This document shows positions 22,013 through 35,247 of a stretch of DNA of 64,000 nt, piece by piece. This stretch comes from Styela clava (taxonomy: Eukaryota). The notes beneath the pieces were generated by a model. The model was given only the letters and a program-made list of their open reading frames with translations. It did not search any database and was not told the origin of the DNA. Location: contig NC_135258.1 in NCBI RefSeq assembly GCF_964204865.1, positions 5,394,001 to 5,458,000 of the forward strand. Reading direction: 5' to 3'. The position numbers were made by a program, and so were the translations under genes. Positions within the stretch are counted from its first letter, which is position 1; every line of letters begins with the position of its first letter.

Positions 22013-24100
22013 ATGGGATCTGTACCTAGAGATTTAACTTATGTTGAAATCTGTCTTGATGAAGACATAATATATGAAGCAAGCCTTTTATCTGAGGAGA
22101 TAAATAGAGAGGAAATTACAAGTATTTCTGGCAACACTACAGTCGAAGATATTTGCAATGTTGATAATAGTGATGAATATACGCCATGTGAAGACACAGG
22201 AGAATTTACGAGCCATAAGCAAGAGACTGCTAGAACTGATATAAACAGCACTGTTATCTTTGAAGAAGATAATCATGAATTTGATTCTGAAGAATCCTCC
22301 GTCATAACAATGCAGGAGCAGAATGAACCCACTGCTGTTTTTGTAACTGATTCCAACTCGGGGTTCTTATCAAAAGATGAATTATCTGACTATCTTCAAC
22401 AGGAATTGCCCAGCGGTATTGATAATGCATATCTAAGTGATAATGGCTTAATGACTGATGATGGGCACAATAATAACACCCGTCCACGACTAGGTGATAA
22501 GAATGGATCGAAATTGCCCACCAGTATTGATAACGCTCATCCATTCGATAACAGGCGGAAATCGTCTAATTGTAATGTAGGCACCTATCTGAGTGATAAG
22601 GAATTAACTACTGATAAAGAAGGAATGTTACCCAACTCCAAAGATAGCACTTCTCTAAGTGATAAAGATCTCATTGTTGATAAGGATTCCCATACTAATG
22701 AGAATTATTTTGAGATAGCTCGCAGTTTCTTGAATGACGTTATTGATTATATTATCGAAAAAGAAGTTTCTGATAAAACTGAAAGTTGTAATATATGTGA
22801 GAGGAGATTCGGCACATTAGCCAAATTGGAAAGACATTTGAAGTTTCACTATAAAGGCCGAAAAATACTTTATTGCTCTGTGTGTGGCAAAGATTTTGGT
22901 CAAAAATCGCATCTGGAGTATCATATGGTGCTGCACACCGGTGTAAAGGCGTATTCATGTGAAATATGCGGAAAGACTTTCACTCAAAAATCGTCGTTAA
23001 ACATGCATATAAAATCTCACACATCTCAACCAAATGTTCCTTGCGAGATATGCGGAAAAAAGTTTTGGACAAAATACATCTTAAATTTACATACGAGGAA
23101 ACGACATATGGGGTTGCCCTTTGTTTGTAACATTTGCGGAAGTTCTTTTAGTGGAAAACAAGGTTTGCTACACCATGTGAGCCTACATCCTCCACATATA
23201 TGTGAAACATGTGGCAAGGAGTTTGACAATTATAAAAGTCTTCGCTTGCATAAAGATTCTCATAAACCAAGTTGGCCTGAGCATGTCTTTGCGGACGGTG
23301 TAAAAGGTTTTCGCTGCGAAGTTTGTAGAAGAACATTTCGACGAAGACAAGACTTTACTTTCCATTCTCAAGCTCATGCTCCAAAAGTTCATAAGTGTCA
23401 AGTTTGTGGTGCTGGATTTGTTCGTGATAGCTATTTAAAGAAGCATATGATTGCACACTTAGAAAGACCGTATAAATGTGAATCATGCTGGAAAAGTTTC
23501 CATCATAAAAAGTCGTTAGAAAATCATCAAATATATCATACAGGAATAAAGCGCTTTGATTGCAACATTTGCGGAAAAGGATATTATTGGAAACATCGCT
23601 TGGCTATACATCTAAAACTTCATAAAAATGTAAAAACTGAAAATGCTGTACATAGTAATGATTCTGAATTTGCTCAGCAAACTTCTTCTACATTACAATG
23701 TAGAAAAAAGGAGATGGATGGAGCATCTGGAATTGGTAGCACAGCACCAAGTAATGAAGGTGTAATGTTGGGAAATTGTATTTCCGTAGGACAAAAAGGG
23801 AATTCACAAACATCTACATTCACAATAGGGGAAGCTGAGGAATTCAATCTCGGCTCTATGAAATTTATCGGGCATAAAATAGTATTCTCTCCTGAAGTGA
23901 ATCCATTGTCTCTCCCTTCTGAACAAACTCGAACAATCGCAATTTTGGATGCTGAATCGATAGTGAAATTCGCTATGCATAACATGTCGAAAAAAACTAA
24001 AGAACCAGTTAAGGTTCCAAAGATGGCGAACATAATGACAATAAAAGAGGGGGATTCTGATCCCTATAATATCAGGACTATGGGTGATGAGCACTCATAA
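22013..24100 (+). CDS. C2H2 zinc-finger protein (10 fingers), tandem copy 2
   Basis: Paralog of copy 1 with an intact 695-aa ORF and acceptor TTCAG|AAT-ATG. Confidence 0.93.
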   Translation: MGSVPRDLTYVEICLDEDIIYEASLLSEEINREEITSISGNTTVEDICNVDNSDEYTPCEDTGEFTSHKQETARTDINSTVIFEEDNHEFDSEESSVITMQEQNEPTAVFVTDSNSGFLSKDELSDYLQQELPSGIDNAYLSDNGLMTDDGHNNNTRPRLGDKNGSKLPTSIDNAHPFDNRRKSSNCNVGTYLSDKELTTDKEGMLPNSKDSTSLSDKDLIVDKDSHTNENYFEIARSFLNDVIDYIIEKEVSDKTESCNICERRFGTLAKLERHLKFHYKGRKILYCSVCGKDFGQKSHLEYHMVLHTGVKAYSCEICGKTFTQKSSLNMHIKSHTSQPNVPCEICGKKFWTKYILNLHTRKRHMGLPFVCNICGSSFSGKQGLLHHVSLHPPHICETCGKEFDNYKSLRLHKDSHKPSWPEHVFADGVKGFRCEVCRRTFRRRQDFTFHSQAHAPKVHKCQVCGAGFVRDSYLKKHMIAHLERPYKCESCWKSFHHKKSLENHQIYHTGIKRFDCNICGKGYYWKHRLAIHLKLHKNVKTENAVHSNDSEFAQQTSSTLQCRKKEMDGASGIGSTAPSNEGVMLGNCISVGQKGNSQTSTFTIGEAEEFNLGSMKFIGHKIVFSPEVNPLSLPSEQTRTIAILDAESIVKFAMHNMSKKTKEPVKVPKMANIMTIKEGDSDPYNIRTMGDEHS

Positions 24101-26349
24101 AAAATGGACAGTTGACCGTCGTGTCGTGCTGAGCGTCAGGAATACGTTGCCATCGAACCTATGAACATCCTACGCTTAAAATCTCATGGGCATTATTATC
24201 ACCATGCCCGACATGAACTGGTAACCAAACGAGCTAAGCATTAGTTATTCCTATACCGGGGCTGTGGTTTGCCATATGATTAAGCCATCTTATCGACTTC
24301 CCTTTTCCCTCCGAACAGCCATAAGTTAGTGAGTCTACATAACTGGCATTTTTTGAATAAACTATTGGAATAAAAATTTCTTTGTTTGATAAAGGGCATG
24401 CTCAACAGTAAACGAATGAGAGTTTGTGTCTGAAAACTTTTCTTAAAAATATTTTTTAAAATATGAATTTTATATAATTTGCCGTTTTTCCCCTCAAAGT
24501 ATGATCCTTATCAATCTGGTTGTGTCTCTGCTGTTATTCACTTGCTGATAAAACATTTTGTTGGACTATTTGTATTAAAATTGGGTCACAAGAAGGGTTT
24601 CGTATAAAGGAGGACTGACAATACTGATAGCCAATAAGTACACCGCAAATTTGTTATTTATTGAATATCTGAGGTCAGACAGTCTATATACATATTACAT
24701 AAAAAATTAATGATTTTTGTGAAAACTTCGCCACATTTTAGAAAGTTTCACATCTCCCATTCCCACCACCTGACGCCATTGATTGTCCATAAAGTTTTCC
24801 CTTTTGTGTGTTGTCATTTTTTATAGCCTCTTGCACATGACTATTCTCACATGGGAATTGAGCCTGCGAACCAACGCAGGGTATAGCATGATGTGCGACA
24901 TCGCCGAGTGTTAACATGATTTTCACTTGTCCTGGTATACTTTTATATTTGGTGATGCTGAGGCATGGGCACAATGGCCTGTGCACCCCATGGTTGTGAA
25001 TTTGAAAAAAAAAACGCAAACAAATTTTCTACATTTCTCAAATTCTTTATAGCCACAGTTTACCTCTGTCAATAAAATAGTTTTTGTTCTATAGGGTGTC
25101 CACAAACATGAAGTCTTCAAATTGCGAAGGGAATTTATCGATACCATATATTGTTTTGGCCCTTAAATGAAGTAAAAATATTTGAACTATTACTGATTAA
25201 AAAAACAACAAACCTGGTCAAGGTTTATTGAGAACTGACTTCATAGCTAAATAGTATCGTCACCCTGTATATCTGGATACCATGAGGCAATAGAATTACC
25301 AGACTCCTCTGCGCCACAGAGTTGTTCATGTAACTGACTGATTACGGCTTCTCGCTCAATTCCATATCTGACGCGGCGGTGTGGCTCATCGTTCTAAGCT
25401 TTAAGAATACGCTTCCACCCCACCTCTGATTACCCTGCGTGGGTTTGAATCTCATGCAGGGATGGTTACGTGTGAGAGGATTGCTGGACTCCTCACCGCC
25501 GATTGCGTGGTTAATTTAACCAATGGTCGGTTACGGCTTCCTCCACCATCAAGTCCATGCTTCCAAAAACAAATAACTATCTAATCCCATACCCGACTTG
25601 GAACGGTAACCAGACGAGAGGCCATGGTTCACCATATGGTTAAGCCGTCTTATCGGCTTTCCTCTCCCCCAGGACTCATGTAAATCCTATCCGTGTTTTA
25701 CCTCCCTCATGAAAATTATCACGGTTGAATCCGAATACCCTGTATGAGAGAATTGCTGGAATACTTGGTGTCACATTGTGGTTTATGTAACATCTTATGG
25801 CTTCTTCAAACTCCATATCCACATTTGTTACTTCAACTCAGCTGCAAGCTGTCGCTGACTAGATGACTCTGTGAGTCTTTTCGCGTCAACTGCAACAAGC
25901 CGATATCTGTTTGTCATTTTGTTACATTATATTATTTATTCATTTTTCATATCGCGCATTGTTTTTGCATGATGAAAAAAATAAATATCTGAAGCTATCC
26001 CTGGTTACCTTATTAAATACTCATTTGCTTATATTGAACTATGTTGTGCCAGATTGTCTGAGTTATTTTAGCTCAGTGGTTCTCAACCAGTGATCTGTGG
26101 TCCATCAAGAGGCCCCTGATTTTTCTATTGTCTCTACAAGACAACTCCCCCTTCTTCTTAGTTTCATTGCTTGATAAGGTTATTTCGTGGGGTGTTTTCA
26201 CTGTTTGAGCATAATGAAATTTGGAATTGACACAGAAATGATAAACGGGGGCCATGAGTGCCAAAAGCCTTCAGAAGAGGGCCACAAGCCATAAAAAGGT
26301 TAAGAACCACTGTCAACTTATTATCTTTGTTTTTTTATAACTTTAGAAT

Positions 26350-28389
26350 ATGGAAACTGTGCTTAAAGATTTAACTTATGTTGAAATTTGTCTTGATGAA
26401 GACATAATATATGAAGCAAGCCTTTTATCTGAGGAGATAAATAGAGAGAAAATTACAAGTATTTCTGGAAACACTGCAGTCGAAGATATTTGCAATGCTG
26501 ATAATAGTGATAAATATGTGCCATGTGAAGACACAGGGGAATTTACGAGCCATAACCAAGATACTGCTAGAACTGATATAAACAGCACTGTTATCTTTGA
26601 AGAAGACAATAATGAATTTGATTCTGAAGAATCCTCCGTCATAGCAATGCAGGAGCAGAATGAACCCACTGCTGTTTTTGTAACTGATCTCAACTCAGGG
26701 TTCTTATCAAAAGATGAATTATCTGTTTATCTTCAACAGGGATCTATTGATAACGCCCATCAAAGTGATAATCGCTTAATTACTGATGAAGAGCAAAATA
26801 ATAAGTTAATCGGAGGTAATGGACAGAAATTGTCCAACTTTATTGATAACGCTCATGTAACTGATAACAGGCAGAAATCATCTGATTGTAATGAAGACAA
26901 TCTTCTGAGTGATAAGGTATTAACTACTGATAAAGGAGGAATATTGCAAAGTAATCATGATCTCATTATTGATAAGGATTCCCATACTAATGAGAAACAT
27001 TTTAAGATAGCTCGCAGTCTCTTGAATGATATTATTGATTATATTATCGAAAAAGAAATTTCTGATAAAACTGAAATTTGTAACATATGTGGGAGAGGAT
27101 TTGACTCATCAGCTAAGTTGGAAAGGCATTTGGAGTTCCACATAAGAGGTCGAAAAATACATTATTGCTCTGTGTGTGGCAAGGATTACGATCGAAAATC
27201 AAATCTGGAGTATCATATGGTACGACACACCGGTGTAAAGCCTCATACATGTGAAATATGCGGGCAGAGTTTCACCCAAAAACCATGGTATAACATACAC
27301 ATAAAATCACATACATCAAAACCAAATGTTCCTTGTGAAATATGCAGAAGAAAGTTTTGGGCAAAACACATCTTGAATAAACATAAGAGGAAACATCATA
27401 GTGGGTTGCCTTTTGTCTGTAATATTTGCGGAAGCTCTTTCAGTGGAAAACAAGGTTTGGTACAGCATGTGAACGTACATCCGCCACATATATGCGAAAC
27501 ATGTGGCAAAGAGTTTAATAATTATAAAAGTCTACGCTTGCATTTTCCCTCTCATAAACCAAGTTGGCCTGAGCATGTCTTTGCAGACGGTGTAAAAGGT
27601 TTTCGTTGCGAAGTTTGTAAAAGAACATTTCATCGAAGACAAGATCTGACTTTCCATTCGCAATCTCATGCTTCTAAAGTTTATAAATGTCAAGTTTGTG
27701 GTCTTGGATTCGTGAGGGATAGCTTTTTAAAGAAGCATATGATTGCACACTCAGAAAGACCGTATAAATGTAAATTATGCGTGAAAAGTTTCCATCATGA
27801 AAAGTCTTTAGAAAATCATCAAATATATCATACAGGAATAAAACACTTCGGTTGCCATATTTGTGGTAGAAGGTTCTATTGGAAACATCGCTTGGCTATA
27901 CATCTAAAACGCCATAAAAATGTAAAGACTGAAAATGCTGTACCTGGTAACGATCCTGAATTCGCTCAGCAGACTTCTACATTACAATGCGAAAAAATGG
28001 ATATGGATGAAGCATCTGGGATTGGTACTGTAGAACCCAATAATGGAAGTGTAATGTCGGGAAATTGTATTTCCATAGGACAAAAAGGGAACTCACAAAC
28101 ATCAACATTCGCGATAGGCGAAGCTGAGGAATTCAATCTTGGTTCTGTGAAATTTACCGGGCATAAAATAGTATTCTCTCCTGAAGTGAATTCATTGTCT
28201 CTCCCTTCTGAACAAACTCGAGCAATAGCAATTTTGGATGCTGAATCGATAGTGAAATTCGCTATGCATAACATGTCGAAAAAAACTAAAGAATCAGTTA
28301 AGGTACCAAAGATGGCGAACATAATGACGATAAAAGAGGGGGATTCTGATCCATATAAGATCAGGACTATGGGTGATGAGCACTCATAA
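26350..28389 (+). CDS. C2H2 zinc-finger protein (10 fingers), tandem copy 3
   Basis: Intact 679-aa ORF, nearly identical to copies 4 and 5. Confidence 0.93.
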   Translation: METVLKDLTYVEICLDEDIIYEASLLSEEINREKITSISGNTAVEDICNADNSDKYVPCEDTGEFTSHNQDTARTDINSTVIFEEDNNEFDSEESSVIAMQEQNEPTAVFVTDLNSGFLSKDELSVYLQQGSIDNAHQSDNRLITDEEQNNKLIGGNGQKLSNFIDNAHVTDNRQKSSDCNEDNLLSDKVLTTDKGGILQSNHDLIIDKDSHTNEKHFKIARSLLNDIIDYIIEKEISDKTEICNICGRGFDSSAKLERHLEFHIRGRKIHYCSVCGKDYDRKSNLEYHMVRHTGVKPHTCEICGQSFTQKPWYNIHIKSHTSKPNVPCEICRRKFWAKHILNKHKRKHHSGLPFVCNICGSSFSGKQGLVQHVNVHPPHICETCGKEFNNYKSLRLHFPSHKPSWPEHVFADGVKGFRCEVCKRTFHRRQDLTFHSQSHASKVYKCQVCGLGFVRDSFLKKHMIAHSERPYKCKLCVKSFHHEKSLENHQIYHTGIKHFGCHICGRRFYWKHRLAIHLKRHKNVKTENAVPGNDPEFAQQTSTLQCEKMDMDEASGIGTVEPNNGSVMSGNCISIGQKGNSQTSTFAIGEAEEFNLGSVKFTGHKIVFSPEVNSLSLPSEQTRAIAILDAESIVKFAMHNMSKKTKESVKVPKMANIMTIKEGDSDPYKIRTMGDEHS

Positions 28390-30799
28390 AAAATGGACAG
28401 TTGACCGCCCTGTCGTGCTCAGCGTCAGGAATACGTTGCAATCGAACCTCTGAATATCCTACGCTTAGAATCTCATGGGCATTATTATCACCATGCCAGA
28501 CATGAACTGGTAACCGGACGAGCTAAGCCTTAGTTATTCCTATACCGGGGCTGTGGTTTGCCATATGATTAAGCCATCTTATCGACTTTCCTTTTTCCTC
28601 CGAACAGCCATAAGTTAGTGAGTCTACACAACTGGCATTTTTTGAATAAACTATTGGAATAAAAATTTCTTTGTTTGATAAAGGGCATGCTCACAGTAAA
28701 CAAATGAGAGTTTGTGTCTGAAAACTTTTATTAAAAATATTTTTTAAAATATGAATTTCATATAATTTGCCGTTTTTCCCCTCAGAGTATGATCCTTATC
28801 AATCTGGTTGTGTCTCTGCTGTTATTCACTTGCTGATAAAACATTTTGTATGACTATTTGTATTGAAATTGGTCACAAGAAGGGTTTCGTATAAAGGAGG
28901 ACTGACAATACTGATAGCCAATAAGTACACCGCAAATTTGTTATATATTGAATATCTGAGGTCAGACAGACAGTCTATATACATATTTCATGAAAAATCG
29001 ATGATTTTTGTGAAAACTTCGCTACATTTTAGAAAGTTACACATCTCCCATCCCCACCACCTGACGCCATTTATCGTCTATAAAGTTTTCCCTTTTGTGT
29101 GTTGTCATTTTTTATAGCCCAGTTCAAAATAAATTTTCTATCTCATAGTTATTGCGCTTTTAGTTTTTTTCGAAATCACCCTATTTGGCTGATTTACTAG
29201 TTCGGAAATAAAATTAATGTTGAAGAGAGTGTGCCGGTTTTATGTGAACCACCCTACGACGGCAAGGAGTCCAGCAATCCTCTTTCACATGACTATTCTC
29301 ACATGGGAATTGAGCCTGCGAACCAACGCAGGGTATAGCATGATGTGCGACATCGCCGAGTGTTAACATGATTTTCACTTGTCCTGGTATACTTTTATAT
29401 TTGGTGATGCTGAGGCATGGGCACAATGGCCTGTGCACCCCATGGTTGTGAATTTGAAAAAAAAAACGCAAACAAATTTTCTACTAGAAAACTACATTTC
29501 TCAAATTCTTTATAGCCACAGTTTACCTCTGTCAATAAAATAGTTTTTGTTCTATAGGGTGTCCACAAACATGAAGTCTTCAAATTGCGAAGGGAATTTA
29601 TCGATACCATATATTGTTTTGGCCCTTAAATGAAGTAAAAATACTTGAACTATTACTGATTAAAAAAACAACAAACCTGGTCAAGATTTATTAGAACTGA
29701 CATTTATAGCTAAATTGTAAATAGACTTCATGGACACCCTGTATATCCTGGATACCATGAGGCAATAGAATTACCAGACTCCTCTGCGCCACAGAATGGT
29801 TCATGTAACTGACCCATTACGACTTCTTTCAATTCCATATCTGACGCGGCGGTGTGGCTCATCGTGCTAAGCTTTAGGAATACGCTTCCACCCACCTCTG
29901 ATTACTCTGCGTGAGTTTGAATCCCATGCAGGGATGGTTACGTGCGAGAGGATTGCTGGACTCCTCACCGCCGATTGTTACGGCTTCCCCCACCATCAAG
30001 TCCATGCTTCCAAAAACAAACAAACAACTAATCCCATACCCCACTTGGAACGGTAACCGGACGAGAGGCCATGGTTCACCATACGGTTAAGCCGTCCTAT
30101 CGGCTTTCCTCTCCCCCAGGACACATATGTAAATCCTATTCCTGGTTTACCTCCCTCATGAAAATTATCACTGTTGAATCCGAATACCCTGTATGAGAGA
30201 ATTGCTGGGATCCTTAGTGTCACATTGTGGTTTATGTAACATCTTATGGCTTCTTCAAACTCCATATCCACATTTGTTACTTCAACTCAGCTGCAAGCTG
30301 TCGCTGACTAGATGACTCTGTGAGTCTTTTCGCGTCAACTGCAACAAGCCGATATCTGTTTGTCATTTTGTTACATTATATTATTTATTCATTTTTCATA
30401 TCGCGCATTGTTTTTGCATGATGAAAAAAATAAATATCTGAATCTATCCCTGGTTACCTTATTAAATACTCATTTGCTTATATTGAACTATGTTGTGCCA
30501 GATTGTCTGAGTTATTTTAGCTCAGTGGTTCTCAACCAGTGATCTGTGGTCCATCAAGAGGCCCCTGATTTTTCTATTGTCTCTACAAGACAACTCCCCC
30601 TTCTTCTTAGTTTCATTGCTTGATAAGGTTATTTCGTGGGGTGTTTTCACTGTTTGAGCATAATGAAATTTGGAATTGACCACAGAAATGATAAACGGGG
30701 GCCATGAGTGCCAAAAGCCTTCAGAAGAGGGCCACAAGCCATAAAAAGGTTGAGAACCACTGTCAACTTATTATCTTTGTTTTTTTATAACTTTAGAAT

Positions 30800-32839
30800 A
30801 TGGAAACTGTGCTTAAAGATTTAACTTATGTTGAAATTTGTCTTGATGAAGACATAATATATGAAGCAAGCCTTTTATCTGAGGAGATAAATAGAGAGAA
30901 AATTACAAATATTTCTGGAAACACTGCAGTCGAAGATATTTGCAATGCTGATAATAGTGATAAATATGTGCCATGTGAAGACACAGGGGAATTTACGAGC
31001 CATAACCAAGATACTGCTAGAACTGATATAAACAGCACTGTTATCTTTGGGGAAGACAATCATGAATTTGATTCTGAAGAATCCTCCGTCATAGCAATGC
31101 AGGAGCAGAATGAACCCACTGCTGTCTTTGTAACTGATCTCAACTCAGGGTTCTTATCAAAAGATGAATTATCTGTTTATCTTCAACAGGGATCTATTGA
31201 TAACGCCCATCAAAGTGATAATCGCTTAATTACTGATGAAGAGCAAAATAATAAGTTAATCGGAGGTAATGGACAGAATTTGTCCAACTTTATTGATAAC
31301 GCTCATGTAACTGATAACAGGCAGAAATCATCTGATTGTAATGAAGACAATCTTCTGAGTGATAAGGTATTAACTACTGATAAAGGAGGAATATTGCAAA
31401 GTAATCATGATCTCATTATTGATAAGGATTCCTATACTAATGAGAATTATTTTAAGATAGCTCGCAGTCTCTTGAATGATATTATTGATTATATTATCGA
31501 AAAAGAAATTTCTGATAAAACTGAAATTTGTAACATATGTGGGAGAGGATTTGACTCGTCAGCTAAGTTAGAAAGGCATTTGGAGTTCCACATAAGAGGT
31601 CGAAAAATACATTATTGCTCTGTGTGTGGCAAGGATTACGATCGAAAATCAAATCTGGAGTATCATATGGTACGACACACCGGTGTAAAGCCTCATACAT
31701 GTGAAATATGCGGGCAGAGTTTCACCCAAAAACCATGGTATAACATACACATAAAATCACATACATCAAAACCAAATGTTCCTTGTGAAATATGCGGAAG
31801 AAAGTTTTGGGCAAAACACATCTTGAATAAACATAAGAGGAAACATCATAGTGGGTTGCCTTTTGTCTGTAATATTTGCGGAAGCTCTTTCAGTGGAAAA
31901 CAAGGTTTGGTACAGCATGTGAACGTACATCCGCCACATATATGCGAAACATGTGGCAAAGAGTTTAATAATTATAAAAGTCTACGCTTGCATTTTCCCT
32001 CTCATAAACCAAGCTGGCCTGAGCATGTCTTTGCAGACGGTGTAAAAGGTTTTCGTTGCGGAGTTTGTAAAAGAACATTTCATCGAAGACAAGATCTGAC
32101 TTTCCATTCGCAAGCTCATGCTTCTAAAGTTCATAAATGTCAAGTTTGTGGTGCTGGATTCGTGCGGGATAGCTTTTTAAAGAAGCATATGATTGCACAC
32201 TCAGAAAGACCGTATAAATGTGAATTATGCGTAAAAAGTTTTCATCATAAAAAGTCTTTAGAAAATCATCAAATATATCATACAGGAATAAAACACTTCG
32301 GTTGTCATATTTGTGGTAGAAGGTTCTATTGGAAACATCGCTTGGCTATACATCTAAAACGCCATAAAAATGTAAAGACTGAAAATGCTGTACCTGGTAA
32401 CGATTCTGAATTCGCTCAGCAGACTTCTACATTACAATGCGAAAAAATGGATATGGATGAAGCATCTGGAATTGGTACTGTAGAACCCAATAATGGAAGT
32501 GTAATGTCGGGAAATTGTATTTCCATAGGACAAAAAGGGAACTCACAAACATCAACATTCGCGATAGGCGAAGCTGAGGAATTCAATCTTGGTTCTGTGA
32601 AATTAACCGGGCATAAAATAGTATTCTCTCCTGAAGTGAATTCATTGTCTCTCCCTTCTGAACAAACTCGAGCAATAGCAATTTTGGATGCTGAATCGAT
32701 AGTGAAATTCGCTATGCATAACATGTCGAAAAAAACTAAAGAATCAGTTAAGGTACCAAAGATGGCGAACATAATGACGATAAAAGAGGGAGATTCTGAT
32801 CCCTATAATATCAGGACTATGGGTGATGAGCACTCATAA
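30800..32839 (+). CDS. C2H2 zinc-finger protein (10 fingers), tandem copy 4
   Basis: Intact 679-aa ORF. Confidence 0.93.
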   Translation: METVLKDLTYVEICLDEDIIYEASLLSEEINREKITNISGNTAVEDICNADNSDKYVPCEDTGEFTSHNQDTARTDINSTVIFGEDNHEFDSEESSVIAMQEQNEPTAVFVTDLNSGFLSKDELSVYLQQGSIDNAHQSDNRLITDEEQNNKLIGGNGQNLSNFIDNAHVTDNRQKSSDCNEDNLLSDKVLTTDKGGILQSNHDLIIDKDSYTNENYFKIARSLLNDIIDYIIEKEISDKTEICNICGRGFDSSAKLERHLEFHIRGRKIHYCSVCGKDYDRKSNLEYHMVRHTGVKPHTCEICGQSFTQKPWYNIHIKSHTSKPNVPCEICGRKFWAKHILNKHKRKHHSGLPFVCNICGSSFSGKQGLVQHVNVHPPHICETCGKEFNNYKSLRLHFPSHKPSWPEHVFADGVKGFRCGVCKRTFHRRQDLTFHSQAHASKVHKCQVCGAGFVRDSFLKKHMIAHSERPYKCELCVKSFHHKKSLENHQIYHTGIKHFGCHICGRRFYWKHRLAIHLKRHKNVKTENAVPGNDSEFAQQTSTLQCEKMDMDEASGIGTVEPNNGSVMSGNCISIGQKGNSQTSTFAIGEAEEFNLGSVKLTGHKIVFSPEVNSLSLPSEQTRAIAILDAESIVKFAMHNMSKKTKESVKVPKMANIMTIKEGDSDPYNIRTMGDEHS

Positions 32840-35247
32840 AAAATGGACAGTTGACCGCCATGTCGTGCTCAGCGTCAGGAATACGTTGCCATCGAACCTC
32901 TGAACATCCTACGCTTAGAATCTCATGGGCATTATTATCACCATGCCCAACATGAACTGGTAACCGGACGAGCTAAGCGTTAGTTATTCCTATACCGGGG
33001 CCGTGGTTTGCCATATGATTAAGCCATCTTATCAACTTTCCTTTTCTCTCCGAACAGCCATAAGTTAGTGAGTCTACATAACTGGCATTTTTTGAATAAA
33101 CTATTGGAATAAAAATTTCTTTGTTTAATAAAGGGCATGCTCACAGTAAACGAATGAGAGTTTGTGTCTGAAAACTTTTCTTAAAAATATTTTTTAAAAT
33201 ATGAATTTCATATAATTTGCCGTTTTTCCCCTCAAAGTATGATCCTTATCAATCTGGTTGTGTCTCTGCTGTTATTCACTTGCTGATAAAACATTTTGTT
33301 GGACTATTTGTATTAAAATTGGGTCACAAGAAGGGTTTCGTATAAAGGAGGACTGACAATACTGATAGCCAATAAGTACACCGCAAATTTGTTATATATT
33401 GAATATCTGAGGTCAGACAGACAGTCTATATACATATTTCATGAAAAATCGATGATTTTTGTGAAAACTTCGCTACATTTTAGAAAGTTACACATCTCCC
33501 ATCCCCACCACCTGACGCCATTGATCGTCCATGAAGTTTTCCCTTTTGTGTGTTGTCATTTTTCATAGCCTAGTTCAAAATAAATTTTCTATCTTATAGT
33601 TATTGCGTTTTTAGTTTTTTTTCGAAATCACCCTATTTGGCTGATTTTCTAGTTCGGAAATAAATTTAATGTTGAAGAGAGTGTGCTGGTTTTATGTGAA
33701 CCACCCTACGACAGCGAGGAGTCCAGCAATCCTCTTGCACATGACTATTCTCACATGGGAATTAAGCCTGCGAACCAACGCAGGGTATAGCATGATGTGC
33801 GACATTGCCGAGTGTTGACATGATTTTCACTTGTCCTGGTGTACTTTTATATTTGGTGATGCTAAGGCATGGGCACAATGGCATGTTCACCCCATGGTTG
33901 TGAATTTGAAAAAAAAATGCAAACAAATTTTCTACTAGAAAACTACATTTCTCAAATTCTTTATAGCCACAGTTTACCTCTGTCAATAAAATAGTTTTTG
34001 TTCTATAGGGTGTCCACAAACATGAAGTCTTCAAATTGCGAAGGGAATTTATCGATACCATATATTGTTTTGGCCCTTGAATGAAGTAAAAATACATGAA
34101 CTATTACTGATTAAAAAAACAAACCTGGGCAAGGTTTATTGAGAACTGACTTCATAGCTAAGTTGTAAATAGTATGGACACCTTGTATATCTGGATACCA
34201 TGAGGCAATAGAATTACCAGACTTCTCTGCGCCACAGGGTGGTTCATGTAACATACTGATTACGACTTCTTTCAATTCCATATCTGACGCGGCGGTGTGG
34301 CTCATCGTGCTAAGCTTTAGGAATACGCTTCCACCCCACCTCTGATTACTCTGCGTGAGTTTGAATCCCATGCAGGGATGGTTATGTGCGAGAGGATTGC
34401 TGGACTCCTCACCGCCGATTGCGTGGTTAATGTAACCGATGGTCGGTTACGGCTTCCTCCACCATCAAGTCCATGCTTCCAAAAACAAATAACTAACTAA
34501 TCCCATACCCGACTTGGAACGGTAACCGGACGAGAGGCCATGGTTCACCATATGGTTAAGCCGTCTTATCGGCTTTCCTCTTCCCCAGGACACATATGTA
34601 AATCCTATTCCTGGTTTACCTCCCTCATGAAAATTATTACTGTTTAATCCGAATACCCTGTAGGAGAGAATTGCTGGGATCCTTAGTGTCACATTGTGGT
34701 TTATGTAACATCTTATGGCTTCTTCAAACTCCATATCCACATTTGTTACTTCAACTCAGCTGCAAGCTGTCGCTGACTAGATGACTCTGTGAGTCTTTTC
34801 GCGTCAACTGCAACAAGCCGATATCTGTTTGTCATTTTGTTACAATATATTATTTATTCATTTTTCATATCGCGCATTGTTTTTGCATGACGAAAAAATA
34901 AATATCTGAATCTATCCCTGGTTACCTTATTAAATACTCATTTGCTTATATTGAACTATGTTGTGCCAGATTGTCTGAGTTATTTTAGCTCAGTGGTTCT
35001 CAAGAGGCCCCTGATTTTTCTATTGTCTCTACAAGACCACTCCCCTTTCTTCTTAGTTTCATTGCTTGATAAGGTTATTTCGTGGGGTGTTTTTTGACTG
35101 TTTGAGCATAATGAAATTGGGAATTGACCACAGAAATGATAAACGGGGGCCATGAGTGCCAAAAGCCTTCAGAAGAGGGCCACAAGCCATAAAAGGTTGA
35201 GAACCACTGTCAACTTATTATCTTTGTTTTTTTTATAACTTTAGAAT

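Noticed and set aside
21296-34740. Repeated 91-aa minus-strand ORFs (21296, 29996, 34465) and other repeated spacer or antisense ORFs
   Set aside because: They are antisense SINE or antisense ZF sequence repeated only because the unit was duplicated, and the 91-aa ORF is disrupted in spacer 2-3.
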